DNA of 64,000 nt from an uncultured Candidatus Binatia bacterium. Lineage in GTDB: Bacteria; Desulfobacterota; Binatia; UBA9968; JAJDTQ01. The notes below the pieces were generated by a model, which made no database searches, was not told the DNA's origin, and worked only from the letters and a program-made list of their open reading frames with translations. Positions 47,022 to 57,785 of the stretch are shown here, one piece after another (the first letter of the stretch is position 1; every line of letters begins with the position of its first letter). The DNA lies in assembly GCA_965215605.1 (NCBI GenBank), contig OZ244070.1, positions 864,001-928,000 on the forward strand, written 5' to 3'. Made by a program: the position numbers and the translations under genes.

Positions 47022-48557
47022 ATGTGGGAAGCTTCCATAGCGGCGGCGGAGAAGCTCTTTTCGCTCGGGCCGATGCTGGTCATCCTGCTGATGCTGCCCA
47101 TCGCGCTCGTGTCGGGCCTGATGCCCGGGGGGAACCTGCCCGTCGCCGTGGTGCTGCTGGGGTTCGCCGGGTACGTGGACCCGTGGATCACGGTGACCGC
47201 GGTGGTGTTCTTCCTGGCGGCCAGCGACATCACCGAGCCGGTCCCCTCAATTCTGATGGGCATTCCCGGCGCCCGTTCGGCCCAGGCGACGATCCTCGAC
47301 GGCTACCCGCTGGCCCGCAAGGGACTGGCGGGCGTGGCGCTTGGCGCCAGCTACATGTGCACCCTGGTGGGCGGCATTATCGGCGCGTTGGCGCTCTTGC
47401 TGGCGCTGCCCATCTCCCGTGAGCTGCTGAGGCTGTTCGGCGCCGCCGAATTCTTCCTGCTGTCACTGCTGGGCCTCATGTGCGTGGCCATCGTCAGCTC
47501 GGGCGCCTTCGTCAAGGGCATGCTGACGGCCTGCTTCGGGCTTGCCATCTCCATGATCGGCTTCTCCGTCATCGGCGGCAACACCCGCACCACCTTCGGC
47601 ATCGACTACCTCTGGGACGGCATCCCCCTGGCCCCGGTGGTCATCGGCCTGTTCGCCCTGCCCGAGGTGGTGGACCTGGTGGTGTCCAACACGCCCATCG
47701 CCCGCGAACGCCTGGAGACCATGCTGAAGGAGGCGGACAAGGACGTCTACAAGGGCATGAAGGAAGCCCTCAACAACAAGTGGCTGCTGGTGCGCTCGTC
47801 GCTCATCGGCACCTTCGTGGGGATGATGCCGGGCATCGGCTCCTCCGGCGCTCACTGGATCGCCTACGCCCAGGCCCGCCATACCGAGAAGGGCGCCATG
47901 GAAACCTTCGGCACGGGCGACGTGCGCGGCGTCATCGCCGCGGACTCGGCCAACAACTCGGTGGACGGTGGCGTGCTGATTCCCACGGTGGTGTTCGGGA
48001 TACCGGGCAGCGGCGGCATGGCCATCCTGCTGGCGATCCTGGTGCTGTCGGGGGTCCAGCCGGGTCCGGCGATGCTGACCGAGAACCTCGACCTGACCAT
48101 CAGCCTGGTCTACACCATCGTTCTGGGCAACGTCATCGTCGTGCCCATCATGCTTTATTTCGCGCCCACCCTGACCCGCGTCGCGGCCATCTCTCCCAAC
48201 ATTCTCGCGCCCATCATCATCGGCTTGGTGACCCTGGCCGCCTTCCAGGCCACCTATTCCATGGAGGACCTCGGCCTGGTGCTGGCCTTCGGCGTGCTGG
48301 GCCTGTTCATGAAGCGCTACGGCTGGCCGCGCCCGCCGATCCTCATCGCGGTGGTGCTGGCGGACATCGTGGAGAAGTACCTGTGGCTCTCGGCCAACAC
48401 CTACGGCTGGTCCATGTTCGCCCGTCCGCAGTTCCTGTCCATCGTCGTGGTGATGGTCCTGGTGATGGTGGTGAGCCTGCGCATGCAACAGGGGGCCAAG
48501 AGAGCGGCGCAAGAGTCCACGGGCGAAGGCCAGGCACCCGGACTGGATGACGACTGA
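47022..48557 (+). CDS. tctA: Tripartite tricarboxylate transporter large permease
   Basis: SILMGIPG...ATILDGYPLA, SANNS, FGIPG. Confidence 0.9.
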   Translation: MWEASIAAAEKLFSLGPMLVILLMLPIALVSGLMPGGNLPVAVVLLGFAGYVDPWITVTAVVFFLAASDITEPVPSILMGIPGARSAQATILDGYPLARKGLAGVALGASYMCTLVGGIIGALALLLALPISRELLRLFGAAEFFLLSLLGLMCVAIVSSGAFVKGMLTACFGLAISMIGFSVIGGNTRTTFGIDYLWDGIPLAPVVIGLFALPEVVDLVVSNTPIARERLETMLKEADKDVYKGMKEALNNKWLLVRSSLIGTFVGMMPGIGSSGAHWIAYAQARHTEKGAMETFGTGDVRGVIAADSANNSVDGGVLIPTVVFGIPGSGGMAILLAILVLSGVQPGPAMLTENLDLTISLVYTIVLGNVIVVPIMLYFAPTLTRVAAISPNILAPIIIGLVTLAAFQATYSMEDLGLVLAFGVLGLFMKRYGWPRPPILIAVVLADIVEKYLWLSANTYGWSMFARPQFLSIVVVMVLVMVVSLRMQQGAKRAAQESTGEGQAPGLDDD

Positions 48558-49102
48558 TGGACGGAGGCGACAACATGAGCCCGGGCAACGATCCGGCGGG
48601 GACGGCGCGGCGCGGCTTCTCCGTCGAGGTGATCGGAGAGATCACCCTGCTGACTATCGTCGGCGCGCTCTTCCTCTATATGTTCATCGAATCCTTCTCC
48701 TGGCCCGAGGGGTCGGCCCTGATGCCGCGTATCGCCATCGTGATGGGCACGCCGTTCTGGGTCGCGCGCCTGATCAGCCTGCTCCGTAGCACCCGGGAGA
48801 CCTCGTCCGAACAGATCATGGACCTGGGTTTCCGCACCGGCGAAGATCCCCGGGGCGAACGCATCCGTTTCGCCCGCATCTGTCTCTACATCGTGGGCCT
48901 TTACGCCGCCATCTGGCTGGTGGGGTTCCACATCGCCATCCCGCTTGGAGTCTCCTTCTACGTAAAGGTCTACGGCCGCGCCGGATGGATCTGGTCGACG
49001 GTCCTGGGGCTGCTGTTCCTGGCGCTGATCGTCGGGGTCTACGACCGGTTCCTGAACGCCACCTGGCACGACCCTCCGCTTCTCAGGCTGTTCTGGGGTT
49101 GA
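48557..49102 (+). CDS. tctB: Tripartite tricarboxylate transporter small permease
   Basis: Multi-TM protein coupled to tctA. Confidence 0.7.
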   Translation: MDGGDNMSPGNDPAGTARRGFSVEVIGEITLLTIVGALFLYMFIESFSWPEGSALMPRIAIVMGTPFWVARLISLLRSTRETSSEQIMDLGFRTGEDPRGERIRFARICLYIVGLYAAIWLVGFHIAIPLGVSFYVKVYGRAGWIWSTVLGLLFLALIVGVYDRFLNATWHDPPLLRLFWG

Positions 49103-49111
49103 CCGGAAATG

Positions 49112-49146
49112 AAACGGCCATCCGCCGAGTGGCGGATGGCCGTTTT
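49112..49146. terminator. Bidirectional intrinsic terminator
   Basis: AAACGGCCATCCGCC-gagt-GGCGGATGGCCGTTT between convergent genes. Confidence 0.85.
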
Positions 49147-49214
49147 CTTACGAACCACTGGGAGCCTACGCTACGGTGGACCCCCGCAGGGGGCGACCGC
49201 CGGTGGCACCTGCC

Positions 49215-50333
49215 CTATTTGATGCCCATCAGCCTCTTGAGCAGCTTCTCGCCGTCGGGCGTCAGCGACTGGTACCGCTTGAGCCCGTCGTTGAAGTCTT
49301 CGGCCGTGCCGAGCGCGACCTCGTAGCCCGCGACCCCCGCGGCCTTCAGGAATCCGGCGTCCTTGGTGGTCGCCTCGAAGGCATTCTTCCACGCGTTGTA
49401 CATGTCATCCGGCACCTTGGGCTGAAGCACGTAGATCCGGCTGAACGTGTTGAACCGCTGGGCCACGAGAAAAGCGTTCTGTTGCTCCTCGGTGGACTTC
49501 ACCACGTCGAACAGGTGCGGCACCTTGGTGGCGCCGAGCTTGCCGGTCCAGTCCTTGGAAGGCTCCTTCTCCCACCAGAAGATGGGCGCCACCTTCTTGT
49601 CGGTGACCCATTTCGGGAACAGCCGCGGCACGTTCTCCTCGACGCAACGGTCGACGCTTTCCACCTCGTCCCGGTCGAAGGCCGCCATGATCTCCGAGGT
49701 GCCGCCGTAGCCGTAGACCATCTTGACCGGACCGCCCATCTCCATCACGAACTGGGGGCCGATGCCGAAGGCCGCGCCCGGGGCGTTGCCGCCGTTGGTT
49801 ACGGGCGTGCCGCGCTTGACCAGATCCGCATAGGTCGTGCCGATGCTGCGCCGCACGCACCAGATGCGGGGAACCTCGCCCGCGCTGGGGCTTCCCAGCA
49901 CGCGCACGGTCTTGAGGTCGAAGTCGGGCACGTCCTTGCCCGCCAGCTCCCGCTGAACGAACCGCGGATGCAGCAGACCCAACGTCATGCCGTCGGGCTT
50001 GGCCTTCATGGCCCGGCGCAGACCGCGAAGCTGACCCGCTCCCGGAACGTTGCGGACGATGAAGGACGGGTCGCCCGGCAGAAACTTGCCCACGAATCGG
50101 GCCACCAGCCGGGAGAAAGTGTCGTAGCCGCCGCCAGGAGCCGAGCCGACGATGATGTTCACCGGCTTGGACTCGAAGACCTTTTTCAACTCCGCGTCCG
50201 ACCGCTGCGCCCACGCGCCCGAGGGGACCAGCAACGACACCGCCACCACGGCGGTGAAGACGCCGCCGAGGAGTCGGAGCGACTGGCTCTTTCTCTTTAA
50301 CACCTCAAAAAACATGAAAACCTCCTTCGCCAA
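49215..50333 (-). CDS. TctC/Bug-family substrate-binding protein
   Basis: IIVGSAPGGGYD, RNVPGAG, GYGG; signal peptide. Confidence 0.85.
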   Translation of the reverse strand: MAKEVFMFFEVLKRKSQSLRLLGGVFTAVVAVSLLVPSGAWAQRSDAELKKVFESKPVNIIVGSAPGGGYDTFSRLVARFVGKFLPGDPSFIVRNVPGAGQLRGLRRAMKAKPDGMTLGLLHPRFVQRELAGKDVPDFDLKTVRVLGSPSAGEVPRIWCVRRSIGTTYADLVKRGTPVTNGGNAPGAAFGIGPQFVMEMGGPVKMVYGYGGTSEIMAAFDRDEVESVDRCVEENVPRLFPKWVTDKKVAPIFWWEKEPSKDWTGKLGATKVPHLFDVVKSTEEQQNAFLVAQRFNTFSRIYVLQPKVPDDMYNAWKNAFEATTKDAGFLKAAGVAGYEVALGTAEDFNDGLKRYQSLTPDGEKLLKRLMGIK

Positions 50334-50417
50334 GTTAATGTTCGTGGAACAGACTAGCCCTCTTAAACCAGCCGGCAGGCTAACACAAGCCCGATCCGAT
50401 GAAAAAAGACTTTTCGG

Positions 50418-51665
50418 TCACGCGGCCGAGCGCGCCGGCGCGGCCAGACCCGCCCGCTTGAGGAGGGACAGCGTCAGCCCGAATGCCAGCGCCCCGATCA
50501 GGCTCACGTACATGCCGCGGTATCCCACCAGCGAAATGACGCCGCCGGAGAGGGCCGACCCCAACCCCGACCCCAGCGGGAAAGCCATGGAAAAGGTCGC
50601 CATGGTGACGCCGCGGCGCTTGGGGTCGCCCCGCTCCATGGCCAGCGCCAGCGTCGTCGAGACCCCCAAAGCGTAGCCGAAGAAATAAAAGGCTCCGGCG
50701 ATCATCATCACGGCGACGTCGGAGGCCAACAGTACCAGGGCGATTCCAGTGATCTCCAGCACGAACGCCGCCGCAACCGCGGGCGCGCGCCCCATCCGGT
50801 CCGACACCCGGCCGAGAAGGGGCCGGCCCACCACGCTGGCCAGTCCGATGGCCACGAAGTACCAGCCGAGGCTCTCGATGCCCACCTCCCGCGCGTAGAG
50901 GACGATGAAGGAATTGAGACCCGACCAGGGCAGGTTCATGCAGAAGAGCAGCAGGGCCGTGAACAGGATTCCGCGGTCGAAGTAAGTGCGCGAGCAGGTC
51001 CGCAGGCGATCACGGATCGTCCTGCTGCGGGCCGGCGCCGGGGTCGGGGCGGCTGGCGGAGCGGCTGGCGGAGCCGGGGCGACCCGCCGCACCCCCCGGC
51101 CGCATACCTGGGCCAGCACGGCCGCCAGCAGCGCCGCGGCGCTGGACACGAAGAACACCGCGGCATAGCCGCCCGCGGGGAGACCGATGATCCACAGCGC
51201 CGCCGGGGGAAAGAACAGCGAGGCGCTGCTCTGTATGCCGGAGTAGTAGCCGCTGGCTTCTCCGCGCCGGTCGGTGGGCACCACCGCGGCCAGGAATGCG
51301 TACCCGCTGGTGTTGATCCCGGCCCAGCAGAAGCCCCGCATGATGTTGGCCGTGAAGGCGCCTTCGACGTTGGGCACCACGAAGATCAGCACCGTCAGGA
51401 AAAGACCGATGCAACTCAGGCTGAGCACCCGGATCTCTCCCCCGGAATCCACCCAGGTGCCCACCAGCGGGCGGATCACCACGCTGGTGGCGCTGAAGCA
51501 CGCCAGCAGCAGCCCGACCATGAAGGGCGAGCTGCCCAGGTGGTCCAGGTAAAGGGGCAGCGTGGGCGTCAGCACCGCGTGATGCCCGTAGGCCAGGAAC
51601 TGGGACGCGCTCAGCAGAATGAACGTGCGCGTCCAGAAACTCGGCCTGGCAGCCTGATCCGGCAT
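50418..51665 (-). CDS. MFS transporter
   Basis: 12-TM pattern; GRVSDRMGR. Confidence 0.9.
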   Translation of the reverse strand: MPDQAARPSFWTRTFILLSASQFLAYGHHAVLTPTLPLYLDHLGSSPFMVGLLLACFSATSVVIRPLVGTWVDSGGEIRVLSLSCIGLFLTVLIFVVPNVEGAFTANIMRGFCWAGINTSGYAFLAAVVPTDRRGEASGYYSGIQSSASLFFPPAALWIIGLPAGGYAAVFFVSSAAALLAAVLAQVCGRGVRRVAPAPPAAPPAAPTPAPARSRTIRDRLRTCSRTYFDRGILFTALLLFCMNLPWSGLNSFIVLYAREVGIESLGWYFVAIGLASVVGRPLLGRVSDRMGRAPAVAAAFVLEITGIALVLLASDVAVMMIAGAFYFFGYALGVSTTLALAMERGDPKRRGVTMATFSMAFPLGSGLGSALSGGVISLVGYRGMYVSLIGALAFGLTLSLLKRAGLAAPARSAA

Positions 51666-51722
51666 GAAGGTTCGGTGGTCCGGCTCGGAATCGTTAGCGA
51701 AGGGGTGTGGCCGCCGGCGCCA

Positions 51723-52550
51723 TCAACCGTGGCGCTGCACCCAGGACAGGATCACGTCGTTGGTGAGTTCCGGGTCCTGCCAGAAGAACCCGTGGGTCTG
51801 TCCCTCCAACACCTTCAACTCGGCGCCGGGGATACGGTCCGCCAACACCTGGGCCTGGGCCACGTGGTTGCTCCCCACGGTGTCGCCGTCGCCGATGAGC
51901 ACCATGGTCGGGCACTGGACGTCCTGGAGACGATGGGTGCCCTCGAAGCTGTGGCGCGCCATGACCAGGTGGACGAACTCCGGCAGCTTGGCGTGGGTCT
52001 CCCAGGCGAGCTTGAAGAAGTCCTCCACCTCGGCGCGGTGGCTGGCCCGGTAATCGGCGGTGAAGAAGGTATCGGAGTCGACGATCTCGTCGCGGACGAA
52101 CTTCTCGAAGCCCATCTCCACCAACTCATAGACGAGTTGGTGCGGCAGCCCCGGGACGCAGTCCGGCCCGGCCCGGCCCGCGGTGCCGGAGCCCGCGGCC
52201 GCCATGATCAGGCTCTTGATGCGGCCGGGAAAGTTCTGGGCCAGCGACAATGCGATGCGCCCTCCCATGGAGTGGCCGATGAAGTGCGCCGAGGGGCATC
52301 CGATATGGTCCATCAACGCCACGATGTCCATGGCCATGAGCTCGATGGTGTAGACGCTCTGCTGCGCCACCGACCGCCCGCAACCGCGCGGATCGTGAAA
52401 GATCAGGTTCAGGGAATCCGCCAGCGGCATCTGCGAGGGCTTCCAGACCTCGCCCGAATAGGCGGTGGAGGGCACGAAGATCAGGGCCTCGCCCTGTCCG
52501 TGGGTCTCGTAATAGAGGTCGACGCCGGTGGACAGTTTCACGCTTGGCAT
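51723..52550 (-). CDS. Alpha/beta hydrolase
   Basis: DPRGCGRS, GHSMGG. Confidence 0.9.
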   Translation of the reverse strand: MPSVKLSTGVDLYYETHGQGEALIFVPSTAYSGEVWKPSQMPLADSLNLIFHDPRGCGRSVAQQSVYTIELMAMDIVALMDHIGCPSAHFIGHSMGGRIALSLAQNFPGRIKSLIMAAAGSGTAGRAGPDCVPGLPHQLVYELVEMGFEKFVRDEIVDSDTFFTADYRASHRAEVEDFFKLAWETHAKLPEFVHLVMARHSFEGTHRLQDVQCPTMVLIGDGDTVGSNHVAQAQVLADRIPGAELKVLEGQTHGFFWQDPELTNDVILSWVQRHG

Positions 52551-52762
52551 GGATTCTCTCCTCCTTGGGGAGCCGGTCTGCAGATCCTCCCGTCTCCGTG
52601 CCCCCTTATTACATGGATTCACGATTTCCCGCTAACGGCTTGCCTCCGGCGACTTGACAGGTATAGCTCAAATTGGACATATGCACTGTTCACATGCTCA
52701 CGCGGGACGCATGGGAGGCGTCCGCGGTGGGCTCCCGGGCCTCCCGGGTTCGACACAACACC

Positions 52763-55636
52763 ATGGGCAAGGCACTGATCATCGCGGAGAAGCCGTCGGT
52801 GGCCGCCGACGTGGCCAGGGCGCTGGGCGGCTTCAAACGGCACCCGGACTACTACGAGAGCGACGACTACGTGCTGTCGTCGGCGGTCGGGCACCTGCTG
52901 GAGCAAACTCCGCCGGACGGAGTGGAGGCGAAGCGCGGCAAGTGGAGCTTCGCCAACCTGCCGGTGATACCGCCCTACTTCGATCTCAAGCCGATCCAGA
53001 AGAGCGCATCCCGGCTGAAGACGCTGGTCAAGCTGATCAAACGCAAGGACGTGGACGCCCTGGTCAACGCCTGCGACGCCGGCCGGGAAGGCGAGCTCAT
53101 CTTCCGCAACATCGTCCGCCATGCCAAGGCCAAGAAGCCCATCAAGCGGCTGTGGCTCCAGTCCATGACCCCCGACGCCATCCGCAACGGCTTCGTGGGG
53201 TTGCGCGAGGACGAGGAGATGCAGCCCCTGGCGGACGCCGCCCTGAGCCGCTCCGAGGCCGACTGGCTGGTGGGAATCAACGGCACCCGGGCCATGACCG
53301 CGTTCAACTCCAAGCCCGGGGGATTCTACAAGACCACCGTGGGCCGCGTGCAGACGCCCACCCTGGCCATCGTGGTGGAGCGCGAGGCCGCGATCCGGAG
53401 CTTCAAGGCCGAGCCTTACTGGGAAGTCACCGCCGCGTTCCGTTCGGAAGGCGGCGAGTACCAGGGACGCTGGTTCGACGAGAAGTTCCGAAGAAAGGAC
53501 AGCGAGCCCCACGCCCGCGCCGAGCGGATCTGGGAACAGGCCGCGGCCGAAGCCATCGGTGAGGAGTGCCTGGGCAAGACCGGCACCGCCACCGAGGAGA
53601 GCAAGCCCACCCGGCAGATGCCGCCGCCGCTGTTCGACCTCACGAGCCTTCAGCGCGAGGCCAACGCGCGCTTCGGCCTGAGCGCCAACCGCACCGTGCA
53701 GATCGCCCAGGCCCTGTACGAGCGGCACAAGGTGCTCACCTACCCGCGCACCGACTCCAGGGCCTTGCCGGAAGACTACGTCGGCACGGTCAAGGACTCG
53801 CTCCGGATGCTCAAGGACACCGACTACGCGCCGTTCGCCGGCGCCATCCTGGAGCAGGACTGGGTCCAGCCCAACAAGCGCATCTTCAACAACGCCAAGG
53901 TGTCGGACCACTTCGCCATCATCCCCACCACCGAGGCGCCCAAGCGCCTCAACGAGATCGAGCAAAAGATCTATGACTTGGTGACCCGGCGCTTTCTGGG
54001 TATTTTCTACCCCGCCGCCGAGTTCCTGGAGACCACCCGGATCACCCGGGTGGAGGAGCATGCCTTCAGGACCACCGGCAAGGTCATGGTGAAACCCGGC
54101 TGGCTCGAGGTCCACGGCAGGGACACCCGACCACAGGGCGACGAGGCAACCTTGGCGCCCCTGAGGGTCAATGGGTCCGGCGCCGCGGCCGGCTCCGTCG
54201 TGGACACGGCCGTCCCTGCCGATACCGCCGACGCGCCTGCCGACGCCCGCCGGGTGGAGGTCGAGAACCTCGGCATCGAGGTCAAGGAAAACCAGACCCG
54301 GCCGCCGGCGCGGTTCACCGAGGCCACGCTGCTGGGCGCCATGGAAGGGGCCGGGCGGCTGGTGACGGACGAGGACCTGCGGGCGGCCATGGCCGGCAAG
54401 GGGCTCGGCACCTCCGCCACCCGGGCATCCATCATCGAGGGGCTTCTCGACGAAGACTACATCATCCGGGAAGGCAAGGAGCTTCAGGCCACCTCCAAGG
54501 CCTTCATGCTCATGGAGTTGCTGAACGGTCTCGGCGTACGGGAGCTCACCCGCCCCGAGCTCACGGGGAACTGGGAGTACCAGCTCTTCCAGATGCAGGG
54601 AGGAAAGAAGAGCCGCGACGAGTTCATGGGCGAGATCGCCCAGATGACCCGGCAGATCGTGGACCGGGCGCGGCAGTACGAGCACGACACCATCCCGGGC
54701 GACTTCGGCTCCCTCTCGGTACCTTGCCCCAAGTGCAAGGGCGAGGTGCACGAGCGCTACCGGAACTTCCAGTGCGTGAGCTGCGACGTCAGCCTGCCCA
54801 AGATCCTGGCGGGACGGCTGCTGAGCGCCGAGGAGACCGCGGCGCTGATCGAGCACGGCCAGATCGGCCCGCTGCAAGGATTTCGCAGCCGTCAGGGGCG
54901 GCCGTTCGCCGCCGTGCTGAAGCTCTCCCCCGAATACCGGATCGCCTTCGATTTCGGCAACGAGCCACGGGACGGGGAGGCCGACCCGGGCGCGGATTTC
55001 ACCGGCCAGGAACCCCTGGGGCAGTGCCCCCGGGGCGACGGACGGGTGTTCGAGCTGCCCATGCGCTACGTGTGCGAAAACGCCGTGGGCGACGCGCGCA
55101 CGTGCGAGTTCAGCTCCGGCAGGATCATCCTCCGGCAGGAGGTGGCGCGGGAGCAGATGGTCAAGCTACTGAAAGAGGGCAAGACCGATCTGCTGACGGG
55201 TTTCGTCTCGTCGCGCACCGGCCGGCCGTTCAAGGCGTTCCTGGTGATGCAGGAAGGAAAGGTGGGGTTCGAGTTCGAGCCGCGGCCCGCCAGGAAGAAC
55301 GCCCAGGCCGCCCGCGACAAGCCCGCGGTCAAGGCGGACTTCTCGGGTCGGGAGCCCTTGGGCAAGTGTCCCCGTTGCGGCAGCCGGATCTTCGAGTGGG
55401 ACTCGCAGTACCTGTGCGAGACATTCCAGGCCGAGAAAAAGCCTTGCCGTTTCAAGGCCGGCACGGTGATCCTGGAGCAGCCCCTGGACCGCGCCCAGAT
55501 CGCCAAGCTGCTGGCCGGGGGCAAGACCGATCTCCTGCCGAACTTCATCTCATCCAAATCCGGGCGGCCGTTCGCCGCCTGGCTCGTGCTCGACGACCGC
55601 GGCAAGGTCACATTCGAATTCCCGCCCAGGGAATAG
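52763..55636 (+). CDS. topB: DNA topoisomerase III
   Basis: IIAEKPSVA, ACDAGREGE, GRVQTP, TYPRTD; C-terminal repeats. Confidence 0.93.
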   Translation: MGKALIIAEKPSVAADVARALGGFKRHPDYYESDDYVLSSAVGHLLEQTPPDGVEAKRGKWSFANLPVIPPYFDLKPIQKSASRLKTLVKLIKRKDVDALVNACDAGREGELIFRNIVRHAKAKKPIKRLWLQSMTPDAIRNGFVGLREDEEMQPLADAALSRSEADWLVGINGTRAMTAFNSKPGGFYKTTVGRVQTPTLAIVVEREAAIRSFKAEPYWEVTAAFRSEGGEYQGRWFDEKFRRKDSEPHARAERIWEQAAAEAIGEECLGKTGTATEESKPTRQMPPPLFDLTSLQREANARFGLSANRTVQIAQALYERHKVLTYPRTDSRALPEDYVGTVKDSLRMLKDTDYAPFAGAILEQDWVQPNKRIFNNAKVSDHFAIIPTTEAPKRLNEIEQKIYDLVTRRFLGIFYPAAEFLETTRITRVEEHAFRTTGKVMVKPGWLEVHGRDTRPQGDEATLAPLRVNGSGAAAGSVVDTAVPADTADAPADARRVEVENLGIEVKENQTRPPARFTEATLLGAMEGAGRLVTDEDLRAAMAGKGLGTSATRASIIEGLLDEDYIIREGKELQATSKAFMLMELLNGLGVRELTRPELTGNWEYQLFQMQGGKKSRDEFMGEIAQMTRQIVDRARQYEHDTIPGDFGSLSVPCPKCKGEVHERYRNFQCVSCDVSLPKILAGRLLSAEETAALIEHGQIGPLQGFRSRQGRPFAAVLKLSPEYRIAFDFGNEPRDGEADPGADFTGQEPLGQCPRGDGRVFELPMRYVCENAVGDARTCEFSSGRIILRQEVAREQMVKLLKEGKTDLLTGFVSSRTGRPFKAFLVMQEGKVGFEFEPRPARKNAQAARDKPAVKADFSGREPLGKCPRCGSRIFEWDSQYLCETFQAEKKPCRFKAGTVILEQPLDRAQIAKLLAGGKTDLLPNFISSKSGRPFAAWLVLDDRGKVTFEFPPRE

Positions 55637-55712
55637 CGCCACCGAATGGCGGCGCGGCCCATGGTAAACTCCCCGTCGGAATCCTCCTCCTCGAATCGGT
55701 AAACGGTTGGCT

Positions 55713-56513
55713 CTACAGGAACTCCCGGATGGCCTTGAAGGACGCGTCCGGGTTGGCGAAGAAATAGCTGTGGCGCTCGCCGGGAAGGAGCACCAGACGG
55801 GCGCCGGGGATGCCGTTGGCGAGGATGTCGGCGGAGGTCCGGTGGTCCATGTCGCTGGTGACGCTGCGGTCGTCCTCCCCCACCAGGATCAGCGTCGGCA
55901 CCGCGATGTCCTTGAGCCGGTGACTGGTGTCGTGCTGCTGGCGGGCGATGACATGGCGGAGGTAGAACTCCGGCGGACACGGCTCGGCCATGCGCACGTC
56001 CAGGTAGTGCTGGATCCGTTCCGGATACTGCTTCGCGAACGCCTCGGTAAAGCCCACGGCCACCGAACTCTCGCTGACGTAGCGTTCGTAGCCCATCTCC
56101 ACCATCTGTGTGGCCAGCTTGAGGGGGATTCCCTTGGTGTCGGGAAAGGACGCGCCGGAGGACGCCAGGATCAGCCTGCTCACCTTTCCCGGGTGGTCCA
56201 GGGCCAAGAGCTGAGCCACCCGGCCGCCCATGGAGTGCCCGCAGACAACGGCATCCTTGGCGCCCACGTGGTCCATGATGGCGGCCGCGTCCTCCGCGAA
56301 CATGTCGGTGGTGTACGGAATGGACGGCTTGCCGGAGCGTCCGGTGCCCCGGTAGTCGAAGGTGATACACTGGTGGTCCCGGGAGAACTCCGGCACCGGA
56401 TACATCTTCCACACCTCGCCGTCGCACGCCGTCTCGCTAATGAAGACGAAGGGACGGCCCTCACCGGCTACCTCGTAGTAGAGCTCTACGTCATCGCGTT
56501 GCAGGAAAGGCAC
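55713..56513 (-). CDS. Alpha/beta hydrolase
   Basis: DYRGTGRS, GHSMGG. Confidence 0.9.
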   Translation of the reverse strand: MPFLQRDDVELYYEVAGEGRPFVFISETACDGEVWKMYPVPEFSRDHQCITFDYRGTGRSGKPSIPYTTDMFAEDAAAIMDHVGAKDAVVCGHSMGGRVAQLLALDHPGKVSRLILASSGASFPDTKGIPLKLATQMVEMGYERYVSESSVAVGFTEAFAKQYPERIQHYLDVRMAEPCPPEFYLRHVIARQQHDTSHRLKDIAVPTLILVGEDDRSVTSDMDHRTSADILANGIPGARLVLLPGERHSYFFANPDASFKAIREFL

Positions 56514-56590
56514 GTTCGGACCTCCTGTTTTGAAGCTGGATCATGGAGCCGCGTCCGCTCGAGGTGTCCAGGCACCCGGCGGGCGGCGAC

Positions 56591-57667
56591 TCACGATATG
56601 CCGTACAAGGCCGCCGGGTTGTCGTTCAGGATCTTTTCCGCCTGACGGCCGGTGATGAAGCCCTCCTCGCCCATCTCCCTCAACACGCTGAGGGTGCGTA
56701 TCTCGGCGGACTGATCCGCGTGGCTGTAGTCGGTCCCGGCCACGAGATTGTCCTCGCCACAGTGCTGGATGATGTAGGGCAGGTCCTCCACCGTCTGGCA
56801 GGCCACGTAGAACCGGGACTCCTTCAGCAGGTTCCTCGTCAAGTCGAAAGAGAACAACCAGCGGGAACGCTCGTGGCGCGCCCGCAGTTCCGACAGCGCG
56901 AACGGCACCCACGAGGCCATGGCCTCGATGAAACCGACCCTCAACCCGGGAAATTTGGCCGGGACCTCCGCCATGACGAGGGCGGTGAAGGCGTCGATGA
57001 CCGGCGCGGTGATGTTGTGGAGGCTCAGGATCGTGGCGTCGGCGTCGGTGAGCGCCGGGTCGCCCGTGCCGGTGTGGATGCACACGGCCATATCCAGCGC
57101 CTCTGCCTCCCGGTAAAGCGGAAAGAAGTAAGGGTCCCCGGCGCGCTTGTTGCCGCACTCCAGCCCCTTCTTCATCCACCCGCAGGCGCCGTTCTCCCGG
57201 GCGAAGCGCAGTTCCTTCACGGCCTCGTCCAGATCGCCCATGGGGAGAAGACAGACCCAGCGCAGGCGGTTGTCGCTGAGCTTCCAGCGGTCCGCCATCC
57301 AGCGGTTGTAGGCCCTGCGCAGCGCGTGCTCGATGTCGTCCCGGGGACTCCAGCGCAGCAGGAACGTGGTCGGGTAGCACACCTGGACGTCGATCCCCAA
57401 CTCGTCCATGTGACGCAGCCGGGCCGCAACATCCAGCAGTTCCCGGGTCTCCACCGTCGTCTCCGTGCGCTTGTCGTCACGTATGCGGCGCACCAGAAAA
57501 CGGCCGTCCACGCACCAGTAGCGGTTGTAGCCCTGGGGCTGCGTGCCGCCCGAGCTGGCGGGATCCTGCATCACCGTGACCGGGGTGTACCGCTTGTAGG
57601 CCTCGTCGATGTAGGCCCAGGTAGCCTCGGTCTCGTCCACGTGCGCGTCTGCGTCGATGACTGGCAT
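56591..57667 (-). CDS. Amidohydrolase family protein
   Basis: IDADAH, IHTG, GTDYSH. Confidence 0.9.
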   Translation of the reverse strand: MPVIDADAHVDETEATWAYIDEAYKRYTPVTVMQDPASSGGTQPQGYNRYWCVDGRFLVRRIRDDKRTETTVETRELLDVAARLRHMDELGIDVQVCYPTTFLLRWSPRDDIEHALRRAYNRWMADRWKLSDNRLRWVCLLPMGDLDEAVKELRFARENGACGWMKKGLECGNKRAGDPYFFPLYREAEALDMAVCIHTGTGDPALTDADATILSLHNITAPVIDAFTALVMAEVPAKFPGLRVGFIEAMASWVPFALSELRARHERSRWLFSFDLTRNLLKESRFYVACQTVEDLPYIIQHCGEDNLVAGTDYSHADQSAEIRTLSVLREMGEEGFITGRQAEKILNDNPAALYGIS

Positions 57668-57785
57668 GGGCACTACATAGGACTCCTCCGTGACAGGTGT
57701 CAAGCATTCCTCCAAGCCGCAGAGCATGAGTATCGCGAAGCCGCTTCGATGCCCGGGAAGCAAGCGAACGCGGACACGACCCCCG

